Below, piece by piece: positions 1-8,581 of a stretch of 64,000 bases of DNA; position 1 is the stretch's first letter; each line of letters begins with the position of its first letter. The notes under the pieces are model-generated. The model made no database searches and was not told where the DNA came from. It saw only the letters and a program-made list of their open reading frames with translations. Made by a program: the position numbers and the translations under genes. The DNA comes from Pseudomonadota bacterium (lineage in GTDB: Bacteria > Bdellovibrionota_C > UBA2361 > OMII01): contig JAYPVM010000007.1 of assembly GCA_038134595.1 (NCBI GenBank), forward strand, positions 1-64,000, in the 5' to 3' direction.

Positions 1-161
1 CTATTGGTCTCCCAAGCCCTTGCTCTCAAATAAAACTTCTTTCAATTACAAAAGACGACGAAGACAGAGGCCTGTGGCTTGAGATCTCAGCGATAAACCA
101 AAATAACCAGCCAGCAACTCACAAAGTTCTTCTCTTACATAAACCGATAGACCGGATAAAA

Positions 162-1739
162 ATGGGTATAAGAGAACAGACTTCCATAATTTCAGAAACT
201 GTTCTTAATCGAATTACCCTAGTAGATAGGCTTACAGAGCTCTATAGAAAAGCTACTGCTAATGGCTCTGTCGACCTAAGAGACTCTCCGCTAGAGCTGG
301 GGGGAGATGGTGGAGTAATTCGTTCTGACGGAGCAACGAAAACAACCTTTCCCCTTCCAAACGGATTGCAAATCAAAAAATCAATTGCACTCACGGGGCT
401 AAAAAACTTCTCAAGCTTTCAACTCCTAGGCATTACGTATGACGAAGCGAAAAACCACTACACCCTTTCTATTCAAGGAGAAGATGGTGGTCGTACCCAA
501 GAGGTGCTTCTCACGCTCTCAGGAGAGGATGGGCTCAAGGGCAAGGACGCAATTATTAGCAACACATCAGTACCTAGAAAGAGATTACCCGAGGCATTCA
601 TGCAACGTGCACAAGAAGCTAGAGCGCTTAAACAAACCTTGTCTAAAACTGCCCGCAGAAAGACCTCGCATATCGGAATTCACTACGTTAAGGGTCAGTG
701 CTTTGAGCAGTTGGTGGGAGTTCTCCTCGCTGCTGAATCCCCAGATGAAAGACTTATACCTCAGTACTGCCTCCGAGTAGAACCCGATAGTGGCTACTAC
801 GGTATGCGGGTAGACTTTAAGATAGGTAACGAGTGTGTCGAGGTAAAATGGGGTAAGGCTACTGATAATATCCACGAAACTCATACTGAGCATCAAAAAT
901 GGCTTACGCCCCCTCCTCCCGAGTATACGATCTTAAACTTAGAGGTAAACGAAGAGCTACAGGTGCCCTACACGCTCTTTAGTGAGCGCTTAGAGAATCA
1001 TCCTCTTAAAGAGGAGCTAAACGAGACAATGGCTGCTATAAGCGCCTTAGTTTATGAGGGGGAAGCTGAAGGTGCTTCTCAAAACACAAAGTATCACTGC
1101 GCCCAGAAGCTTGCCGCGATTCGAGATCTTCTCTATGACTCCTTTCACGGTGTGAGTTCAACTGACAACTTTCTTAGAGGAAAGGAACGCATAGAGGCTT
1201 TAAGAGAGTCTCTTAATCGTATTAATACGGCTGAAGATCCTTGCTCACTTACATCAACACTATCTCGACACTGGTCGTCTCTTGAAGCCTACGTTGCTAT
1301 AGATGGGGAGCTTTTCGACGAAACTATTCCAGTATATCAATTAGCCAAAGAGGAGCCTGAAGCCTATGATGTCGGTTTTGTTTATAAGATGAAAAAATCT
1401 GGCAGTGAAGCTACCGAGCAAGAATATGACCTTATTATATTCTCAGACAAAGAGGCTGCATGCCTGCTTTATTTTTTAGAGTTAGGCACGCGTGGGGCGG
1501 AAGGGTATTTGAGCCCGAACCAAATTCATATCTCTGGAGAAAAGAACGAACACGGCTGGTATATCAATCCCACCTTCACCGTAACCATTGGCGAACAGAG
1601 CTATTCACTCAATCAGGATGCAGACGGAGGCGAACTATCTCAACTCGGTTTTACTCAACCGAGTTGTGACTTAAAGACCATAAGAACGTGGCTAAGCGAG
1701 GATCTTAAAAACGGATCCGGGGGCATTTTGGCCGCTTAA
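162..1739 (+). CDS. Hypothetical protein with a central PD-(D/E)XK restriction-endonuclease-like motif
   Basis: 525-aa ORF. KGQCFEQLV followed about 35 aa later by RVDFKIGNECVEVKW fits the G-x-x-FE...D-x(n)-E-x-K pattern of the nuclease fold. The rest is unrecognised. Confidence 0.5.
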   Translation: MGIREQTSIISETVLNRITLVDRLTELYRKATANGSVDLRDSPLELGGDGGVIRSDGATKTTFPLPNGLQIKKSIALTGLKNFSSFQLLGITYDEAKNHYTLSIQGEDGGRTQEVLLTLSGEDGLKGKDAIISNTSVPRKRLPEAFMQRAQEARALKQTLSKTARRKTSHIGIHYVKGQCFEQLVGVLLAAESPDERLIPQYCLRVEPDSGYYGMRVDFKIGNECVEVKWGKATDNIHETHTEHQKWLTPPPPEYTILNLEVNEELQVPYTLFSERLENHPLKEELNETMAAISALVYEGEAEGASQNTKYHCAQKLAAIRDLLYDSFHGVSSTDNFLRGKERIEALRESLNRINTAEDPCSLTSTLSRHWSSLEAYVAIDGELFDETIPVYQLAKEEPEAYDVGFVYKMKKSGSEATEQEYDLIIFSDKEAACLLYFLELGTRGAEGYLSPNQIHISGEKNEHGWYINPTFTVTIGEQSYSLNQDADGGELSQLGFTQPSCDLKTIRTWLSEDLKNGSGGILAA

Positions 1740-2027
1740 GACTACGAATTTTCACCAGTGCAGCGTGTTTTTCGAGCAGAATATATATATCAGCTATAAA
1801 AAACCTCTCTTTTTTACAAAGAATAATCTGTTTTATTTCAACTGCTTAGTTCCCGCCCGCTGTCATAATCGGAGCTTATCTGTATTTTTTTTATTTTTTT
1901 TGTTCTCATATGTCACACTCAGAAAAGAGCGAGCCATATCACTTATGAAAACTGGGACACATGATTGTGTCGATAAAAATGAAACGTTAAAAATTGTAAC
2001 TTAAAAATTTGAATAGAGAGAATTGTT

Positions 2028-2456
2028 ATGAAAACTAAGATTGTATCAATACTAAAAAACACTCGTGAAATGTCAGCTGATATTTGCAGAAAGGCTACTC
2101 TAGCTGCAACGGCTCCTAGTGAGAAGCAGGCTCAAGCAGTTTTGTTTACAGCTGGTATCTTACTTCTTGCTGGAAGTGGTTTGACTGATGCTTTTGCTCA
2201 ACAGGCTCTAGCCGGAGAGATATCTGACGGAAAGATTGCACTTGCTGTAACTACCATCTTTAAATATCTAGAGGGAAGTTTTGGAGCTCTTATCATGGCA
2301 GCGTCTGGAATCGGAGCTATCATGAGTGCGGCCTTCGGACAGTACAAAGCGGCGTTAAGCTGTATGGTGGTAGCGGTTGGAGCGTTCATCTTGAGAAACC
2401 TCATGTACACGTTCTTCAACACTTCTACATTAGTTGATGATGACGGAACATTCTAA
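2028..2456 (+). CDS. TrbC/VirB2-like pilin-type membrane protein, copy 1
   Basis: Long leader ending in a hydrophobic stretch and AFA|Q signal-peptidase-like site, then two Gly/Ala-rich hydrophobic helices (LEGSFGALIMAASGIGAIMSAAFG; AALSCMVVAVGAFILR). Purine-rich RBS-like AGAGAG upstream and a terminator downstream. Confidence 0.55.
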   Translation: MKTKIVSILKNTREMSADICRKATLAATAPSEKQAQAVLFTAGILLLAGSGLTDAFAQQALAGEISDGKIALAVTTIFKYLEGSFGALIMAASGIGAIMSAAFGQYKAALSCMVVAVGAFILRNLMYTFFNTSTLVDDDGTF

Positions 2457-2475
2457 TCTTATCCATCACACCAAC

Positions 2476-2506
2476 AAAAAAGGGGGCTCTTTAGCCCCCT
2501 TTTTTT
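2476..2506 (+). terminator. Rho-independent terminator, probably bidirectional
   Basis: AAAAAAGGGGGCT-CTTT-AGCCCCCTTTTTTT perfect hairpin with A and T tracts, just after the pilin-like stop. Confidence 0.9.
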
Positions 2507-2532
2507 GTCCCTTACGTCGCCCTTCCAATTCT

Positions 2533-2654
2533 CTAACCCACAAGCGTCTGTCCGTAACAAACGCTAGCTCCTTCTGACAAGCCCCGTACATCCTCAAAAC
2601 TCCGCTCACTAAGCACAACGACACTAGAGCCCATATTGAAAGTCCCGAGCTTTT
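2533..2654 (-). pseudogene. psd: 3' fragment of psd copied by the tandem duplication
   Basis: Matches psd 3374-3495 with 3 substitutions. Encodes KLGTFNMGSSVVVL...LVG*. An in-frame stop lies a few codons upstream of the junction. Confidence 0.85.
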
Positions 2655-2868
2655 TTACAAATAATAATCTGTTTTATTTCAGTTGTTTAGCCCCCACCCG
2701 CTGTCATAATCGGGGCTTATCTGTGTTTTTTTTATTTTCTTTGTTCTCATATGTCACACTCAGACAAGAGCAGGCCATATCACTTATGAAAACTGGGACA
2801 CATGATTGTGTCGATAAAAACGAAACATAAAAAATTGTAACTTAAAAATTTGAATAGAGAGAATTGTT

Positions 2869-3297
2869 ATGAAAACTAAGATTGTATCAATACTAAAAAA
2901 CACTCGTGAAATGTCAGCTGATATTTGCAGAAAGGCTACTCTAGCTGCAACGGCTCCTAGTGAGAAGCAGGCTCAAGCAGTTTTGTTTACAGCTGGTATC
3001 TTACTTCTTGCTGGAAGTGGTTTGACTGATGCTTTTGCTCAACAGGCTCTAGCCGGAGAGATATCTGACGGAAAGATTGCACTTGCTGTAACTACCATCT
3101 TTAAATATCTAGAGGGAAGTTTTGGAGCTCTTATCATGGCAGCGTCTGGAATCGGAGCTATCATGAGTGCGGCCTTCGGACAGTACAAAGCGGCGTTAAG
3201 CTGTATGGTGGTAGCGGTTGGAGCGTTCATCTTGAGAAACCTCATGTACACGTTCTTCAACACTTCTACATTAGTTGATGATGACGGAACATTCTAA
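2869..3297 (+). CDS. TrbC/VirB2-like pilin-type membrane protein, copy 2 (identical to copy 1)
   Basis: Protein identical to 2028..2456; no nucleotide difference seen by eye. Confidence 0.55.
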   Translation: MKTKIVSILKNTREMSADICRKATLAATAPSEKQAQAVLFTAGILLLAGSGLTDAFAQQALAGEISDGKIALAVTTIFKYLEGSFGALIMAASGIGAIMSAAFGQYKAALSCMVVAVGAFILRNLMYTFFNTSTLVDDDGTF

Positions 3298-3316
3298 TCT
3301 TATCCATCACACCAAC

Positions 3317-3347
3317 AAAAAAGGGGGCTCTTTAGCCCCCTTTTTTT
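3317..3347. terminator. Bidirectional rho-independent terminator between convergent pilin-like copy 2 and psd
   Basis: Same hairpin as 2476-2506, flanked by A and T tracts. Confidence 0.9.
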
Positions 3348-3373
3348 GTCCCTTACGTCGCCCTTCCAATTCT

Positions 3374-4195
3374 CTAACCCACAAGCGTCTGTCCGTAACA
3401 AACGCTAGCTCCTTCTGACAAGCCCCGTATATCCTCAAAAGTCCGCTCACTAAGCACAACGACACTAGAGCCCATATTGAAAGTACCGAGCTTTTGGCCA
3501 CATCCAATCTGAGTTGGTTTGTCGTGCACTATCGAAGAGAGATTCTTTTTTATCCACGGATACTGATTCGTTATGAGAGGGTGATACGACAACGATATTC
3601 TTCCTACATTAGTCGCTCCAACCATGACGACTGCAAACTTTCCATACTCACTATCGATAATACTGACCACCCGCTCATTTACCGCAAAGAGCTCTTCGAC
3701 TGATTCAAGCGCCCAATCGTTTACTGGCCACAGTTTGCCGGGAATATGTATCGTTTGCACAATTTGACCGGATACCGGTGCATAGATGTGATGGGCGTCA
3801 CTTGGAGAGAGATAGAAGTTCCAAAAATACCCCTTGGAAAACTCCTCAGCCAGCTGAGAATCCCCAAGGAGCGCCTGTAGGGTATAGGTCTTTTCCTTTA
3901 CCTGAGGCAAAACTCCATCGGGAGGTGTGCGCTGTGCGTTACGAACTCGGGCGTCAACAGGAGATACAATGGGACCTTCAATGGGCCGCAACTCTGGCTT
4001 CAAATCTCGGATGAAGAAATCTCCTATCGAGCGATAGTGATTGAGCGGTTTGGTTGCTTGACTTACGTCAATTTTGTAAGCCCGCGCGAATATCATTATA
4101 GTCAATCGAGCAAGCGGTTGCGGCAGTGGCAGTCGTGCCAAAGCGCCCAAAAACCAGCTAAGATATGACAAGGGTAAGAATTTTGTTAGGTTCAT
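3374..4195 (-). CDS. psd: Phosphatidylserine decarboxylase proenzyme
   Basis: Motifs FFIRDLKPELRPI, SPVDA, YLSPSDAHHIYAP, NERVV, MVGATNVG and the autocleavage motif FNMGSS (LGST equivalent). Confidence 0.93.
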   Translation of the reverse strand: MNLTKFLPLSYLSWFLGALARLPLPQPLARLTIMIFARAYKIDVSQATKPLNHYRSIGDFFIRDLKPELRPIEGPIVSPVDARVRNAQRTPPDGVLPQVKEKTYTLQALLGDSQLAEEFSKGYFWNFYLSPSDAHHIYAPVSGQIVQTIHIPGKLWPVNDWALESVEELFAVNERVVSIIDSEYGKFAVVMVGATNVGRISLSYHPLITNQYPWIKKNLSSIVHDKPTQIGCGQKLGTFNMGSSVVVLSERTFEDIRGLSEGASVCYGQTLVG

Positions 4196-4254
4196 TTGTA
4201 CTACTCTACCCCCTGATTACCTTTGCCTTCCTGATACAACAGAGGGCCCGTATA

Positions 4255-5253
4255 TCATGCAACGTTTTCAAAAAAGGATACGATATTCTGCACCGCAGCA
4301 CTACCTTGGCGGATAACACTTTCATAAGTACGACTACCTACATGTGGGGTAAGGTGTACGTTTAAAATACCCAGAAGCGGATTATCTGGCCGCACGGGCT
4401 CAGGATCCAACACATCGGCGCCAAAACCTCCAACTTGTCCCGACTTTAAGAGATCAGCCATCGCTCGCTGATCGATTAGAGCACCGCGACTAACATTGAC
4501 GACAAACACTCCCCTCTTACACATCTGAAGCCTTCGACGATTGATGAATTGCTGATTTTCTCTCGTAAGACTCATATGCACCGATATGAAGTCCACGTGC
4601 GGAAACAAATCTTCGTCTTTCGGCGCTCGCTCTATCGTTGGCGGATATTCAGAGAATAGTTTGTGCGAGAACACTGAGCTTAGTTCCTCTAGATGAGCAG
4701 CATGCTGTTGCGACCACGATGTATTGTACACACGGACATTCATACCAAACGCCATCGCTCGCTTAGCTACCTCTTTGCCAACTCGACCAAAACCTAAAAT
4801 CCCAAGTGTCTTTCCAGCCAACTCATGCCCTGTAAATCGCCGCCACTCTGCCTTGTGTACAAATGAATTTTGCTCTGGAATGTGTCGTGTGAGGCTCAAG
4901 AGCAATCCAAAGGTGAGCTCTGTAACCGTTGTATGATTCACACCGGGAGTATTAGTTACGTGAATACCTAATTTTTGAGCCTCTTCTAAGTCTATTTTGT
5001 CGAGTCCAACACCATACTTACTAATTATCTTAGCCCGAGGTGCGGCAGCTTGTAGTACCCTTTGGTTAAAATCATCTTCGCCACAGATAAAGGCATCGAA
5101 ATTATTCCCATCGCCGATATAGGAGAGGAGCTGTTCCTCATTGAGGGGGCCGCGCGCTTTGACGATCTCAAAGCCTGATTCTTCGAGCTTTGTAACGTGC
5201 CCACCTGGGGTATCAAGAAAGCTTGATGTTGAAACCAAAACTGAGTACGACAT
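4255..5253 (-). CDS. D-isomer-specific 2-hydroxyacid dehydrogenase (short SerA-like, no ACT domain)
   Basis: GVGLDKID, NTPGVN, GILGFGRVG (NAD binding), NVSRG, DVLDPEP, TPHVGS. Start set at ATG 5253 behind GGAGG. Confidence 0.88.
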   Translation of the reverse strand: MSYSVLVSTSSFLDTPGGHVTKLEESGFEIVKARGPLNEEQLLSYIGDGNNFDAFICGEDDFNQRVLQAAAPRAKIISKYGVGLDKIDLEEAQKLGIHVTNTPGVNHTTVTELTFGLLLSLTRHIPEQNSFVHKAEWRRFTGHELAGKTLGILGFGRVGKEVAKRAMAFGMNVRVYNTSWSQQHAAHLEELSSVFSHKLFSEYPPTIERAPKDEDLFPHVDFISVHMSLTRENQQFINRRRLQMCKRGVFVVNVSRGALIDQRAMADLLKSGQVGGFGADVLDPEPVRPDNPLLGILNVHLTPHVGSRTYESVIRQGSAAVQNIVSFFENVA

Positions 5254-5337
5254 TACAACGCTCCTCCAACAACTGTTTGTTATACTACGACGTAGCCTTT
5301 GGGGCATCGATCACGGTAGCACCAGAAGAAGGCAGGA

Positions 5338-6567
5338 TCAAGCGCGCGGGGTTTGGAGCAGCCTTTCCGATAGAGCTTCTAACACACTGTCTTCACTCGG
5401 AAAATCATCATTTCCGACTTCAAAAGTCATCGACAATCGCAAGTACGCGCCTGCATTATCCCAAGGAACCGTGACAATTCCGTAGCGCGAGATGAGCAGA
5501 TCGGCCATGTCTTGCGCATTCGACAAACGAACTCCATCATACTCATCTGGCACCCGCAAATAGAGGTAAAAGGTGCTTGGCGATGGCTCGACCTCAATTC
5601 CCGCCTGGCTAAAGATTGTACTAACTCGCTGCATACGACGCAGATACTTTTCTTTGTTGTGACGCAAAAAATCCATCTCTGAGTCGAGCGCGTGTATCGC
5701 TGCTTTCTGAATAGCAATGAACTGTCCGTTATCTGTATTGTCTTTTACATGTGAGAAAGCTTGCACAAGAGGGGCTCCTCCAGCAACAAATCCGATACGG
5801 TATCCCTGCATGTTAAAACCTTTTGAGAGAGAGTAGAGCTCAAGCGTAACGTCCTTGCCGCCGTCTAACTGTAATGGCGAAATGAAATCTCCGTCGTATA
5901 CATAATCAGCATATGCGGCATCTTGCACGATTATAAACTCGTGCTCGTGGGCTAAAGAGATGACCCGCTCAAGGAAGTTTCTCGTGGCCAGCGCGCCAGT
6001 TGGATTGTTCGGATAATTAAGAAGCACTATCTTCGGTTCCTTCTCTTTAATCGTCTCCGCAAGTTGTGCTCCGTCGGGCATAAACCCATGCCGCGCTTCC
6101 AGCGGCAATGAGACAACCTCTGCTCCGAGCCACTCAGCAGCTTGCGGCAAGACAGGATATCCAGGTGTGGTGGCAACAACGGTATCGCCGGGATTGACAA
6201 ACGCAAGTGGAATCTGTGCAAGTGCAGTTTTTGCTCCGATACAGTGCATCACCTCCGTTTTCGGATCGACTGCAATACCAAACTCTCGCTGTAAATATCG
6301 CGCGGCGGCTTCTTGGAATTCTAAGATGCCGTTACATGGATAAATTCGATTTGCTTTGACTCGTGCGGCATCATCGAGCGCAGTCATTATGCCAGCTGAT
6401 GGAAGCTCTTCGGGCTCGCCTACCCCCATATCGATGACTTTCACATCGGGGTTCTTCTCAATAAAGGCCTGTTTGGCGTTGTTGATAAGGGTAAACTTGA
6501 AGACCTTTTTGACCTTTCCAAACTGCTCTCCACCTATACGTTCTGCAAACAACTTCTGCACATCCAT
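5338..6567 (-). CDS. dapL: LL-diaminopimelate aminotransferase (class I/II PLP aminotransferase)
   Basis: FAERIGG N-terminus, DMGVGEP, NYPNNPTG, DAAY, SLSKGFNMQGYRIGF (PLP lysine), DNGQFIAIQ. Start 6567 behind GAGGAG. Confidence 0.8.
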   Translation of the reverse strand: MDVQKLFAERIGGEQFGKVKKVFKFTLINNAKQAFIEKNPDVKVIDMGVGEPEELPSAGIMTALDDAARVKANRIYPCNGILEFQEAAARYLQREFGIAVDPKTEVMHCIGAKTALAQIPLAFVNPGDTVVATTPGYPVLPQAAEWLGAEVVSLPLEARHGFMPDGAQLAETIKEKEPKIVLLNYPNNPTGALATRNFLERVISLAHEHEFIIVQDAAYADYVYDGDFISPLQLDGGKDVTLELYSLSKGFNMQGYRIGFVAGGAPLVQAFSHVKDNTDNGQFIAIQKAAIHALDSEMDFLRHNKEKYLRRMQRVSTIFSQAGIEVEPSPSTFYLYLRVPDEYDGVRLSNAQDMADLLISRYGIVTVPWDNAGAYLRLSMTFEVGNDDFPSEDSVLEALSERLLQTPRA

Positions 6568-6744
6568 GTCTTTGCTCTCCTCTTCCAAAAAAGGGCTACC
6601 CTATCACGCTCCCGCTTCTGCCAAAATCACAAGTAATCTAAGGTGTTACTAAGCACCGACAAAACTCTTTGTATTTGCAGTGATCTTTAAAAATAGGTAC
6701 CCTTCCCCCTACTATTCTTAATCTATTATGAGCCTTACTCTCTT

Positions 6745-7542
6745 ATGAAACTTGCACTTATCCAATTTGATATAGCATGGAACGACCCAAAAGAGAACGA
6801 AACTCGATGTGAGTTATTGCTTGCCGAGGCCGCTGACCAAGGTGCTGATGTCGTTGTCTTTCCAGAGATGTTTACCAGTGGTTTTTCGCTCCTCACCGGA
6901 GAAGATGCAAGAATCTGCGCAGAGATTGGAGTCAATTTTCTCTCGCGCGCCGCCTCGCAGTACGGAGTTCATGTAGTTGGAACACTCCCAGAACTCGATA
7001 ACGACGGAAGCGTTTTCAATACTGCATACCTTTATACTCCCACAGGAGAGGTATCACGGTATAGAAAAGTTCATCTTTTCTCGTATGGATCTGAGACGGA
7101 AAGATATCAAGCAGGAAACTCGCTTCTTACTGTCACACTCCCGGGAGCCATACGAGTTACGATATTTATCTGCTACGATTTACGCTTTGGCATGCCGTTT
7201 TATGCCACTGCACCAGATACTGATTTATTTTTGGTGCTCGCCAACTGGCCCGCAACAAGAAGGGAGCATTGGACCACCCTCTTGCAAGCCCGTGCGATTG
7301 AAAATCAAGCGTATGTAGGAGGTGTAAACCGAATCGGCATCGGTGCTGACCTGGTGTACAGTGGCGATACCTCTCTCTTTGCTCCTGATGGTGCACTAAT
7401 AGATACAATGGAAGACCGCTCAGGAATACTATTGTGCGACATCGATGCCAACACTGTATCCAAAGCCCGCAGTGCATTCCCAGCGCTAGCAGACAGACAA
7501 GATTCATTGTATAAAAGTTTTCTATATGAACGAAAATCATAG
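6745..7542 (+). CDS. Carbon-nitrogen hydrolase / nitrilase family (omega-amidase-like)
   Basis: Glu-Lys-Cys triad motifs FPEMF, YRKVHLF, ICYDLRF; ARAIENQAYV. Confidence 0.9.
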   Translation: MKLALIQFDIAWNDPKENETRCELLLAEAADQGADVVVFPEMFTSGFSLLTGEDARICAEIGVNFLSRAASQYGVHVVGTLPELDNDGSVFNTAYLYTPTGEVSRYRKVHLFSYGSETERYQAGNSLLTVTLPGAIRVTIFICYDLRFGMPFYATAPDTDLFLVLANWPATRREHWTTLLQARAIENQAYVGGVNRIGIGADLVYSGDTSLFAPDGALIDTMEDRSGILLCDIDANTVSKARSAFPALADRQDSLYKSFLYERKS

Positions 7543-8581
7543 CACTACGCAACCGCTCAGCCTTAAAGCAAAGGTTGTTCTCGCATCGTTTGGGTGCTCT
7601 CTTGCCCTTGGAATAAGCATCGCCGTATTGCAATTTGTGTCGTTTGGACACAAGGGCACTGAATTTAATTCAATCCAGGATCTAAAACGTGCGATGCTCA
7701 CCTCGCCAAGTACGCCCATCTCTCAAGACTCTGCCGATCCTACAGAACACAACACCTCCCTTAGAGGTATTGTAGAACCGCATCCCGATAACAGAATAAT
7801 TTACACCCTACGTTCCGACCTCGATCTTACTTTTATCCGAGCCCGTGTACAAACAAACTCCTGCGGCATGCGTTCTCCCGAACGCCCAATTGCAAAGCCT
7901 GCCGGAGTCTTTCGCATAGCACTGATTGGAGACTCGTTTGCATTTGGATGGGGCGTCGAGCAAAATAAAATTTTTGCCCAGGTGCTCGAAGATTCTTTAA
8001 ACGCCCGCGCAAATAACAACCTTCGATTCGAAGTGCTCAATTTCGGAGTTCCCGGTTATTCGACCTTTCAAGAGGTAGCACTCCTTGAGGAGAGAGGGCT
8101 TGATTTCCAACCAGATGCTGTATTGGTGTATTTTGTACAAAACGACTTTGGAATGCCTTTTTTTATCCGCGATATAGAGAACAATGGAGGGCTGCTTTCA
8201 TCATTAAAGTTTGTACAGCTCGGCAAGAAGCTTCTCTCTCCCGGTGCACTAAACTCGCGTATCCGCGAAGTGGGACTCCATCCAAACCAAGCCATGCAAC
8301 GTCTTATTGAGATTACAAAACAGCACGGATTGAAGACGTTTCTGGCCATTAACCCCAAAAAACAGTGGAAGAAATACCTAAAACGACTCCCAGCTATAAA
8401 AAAACACTCTGGAATACACGTTATTCCCCTTCGAGACGGTTTATTAGAGTATATTAACCAAAAAAAGATCCCCGTAGAAGCACTAACACTCTCTTATGAC
8501 CCACACCCAAGCGAAATTCGTCATACCATACTCGGGGAACTACTCACGCCTTATTTCTTAGATGCAGCCGGGTTACTATGA
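7526..8581 (+). CDS. Membrane-anchored SGNH/GDSL hydrolase
   Basis: N-terminal TM segment, IGDSFAFG (block I), NFGVPGY (II), QND (III), DPHPS (V). Confidence 0.85.
   Translation: MNENHSTTQPLSLKAKVVLASFGCSLALGISIAVLQFVSFGHKGTEFNSIQDLKRAMLTSPSTPISQDSADPTEHNTSLRGIVEPHPDNRIIYTLRSDLDLTFIRARVQTNSCGMRSPERPIAKPAGVFRIALIGDSFAFGWGVEQNKIFAQVLEDSLNARANNNLRFEVLNFGVPGYSTFQEVALLEERGLDFQPDAVLVYFVQNDFGMPFFIRDIENNGGLLSSLKFVQLGKKLLSPGALNSRIREVGLHPNQAMQRLIEITKQHGLKTFLAINPKKQWKKYLKRLPAIKKHSGIHVIPLRDGLLEYINQKKIPVEALTLSYDPHPSEIRHTILGELLTPYFLDAAGLL

Larger units (their letters stand above)
1809..3495. repeat. Direct tandem duplication, 841-bp unit (1809-2649 / 2650-3490), with CTTTT microhomology at 1809, 2650 and 3491
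   Basis: By-eye alignment at offset 841. The unit holds the upstream region, the 142-aa ORF, its terminator and the 3' end of psd. Confidence 0.95.

Noticed and set aside
1950..1980. Sigma-54 or sigma-28 promoter for the pilin-like gene
   Set aside because: Only partial matches (GG-N10-GT; GTCGATAA without a correctly spaced TAAA), too weak to call.
2533..2654. psd fragment as a separately expressed pyruvoyl alpha-chain
   Set aside because: It covers the MGSS... alpha-chain region, but pyruvoyl formation needs autocleavage of the whole proenzyme, and no RBS is evident. Treated as a passenger remnant.
1765..2830. Short ORFs 1765..2004 and 2636..2830
   Set aside because: Phe-rich translations of T-rich promoter DNA. 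Starts and stops differ between the two repeat copies, so they are unlikely to be genes.
1809..3495. Duplication as a pure assembly artefact
   Set aside because: The copies differ at about 19 positions in both flanks and have a clean microhomology junction. Collapse of the identical core cannot be excluded without reads.
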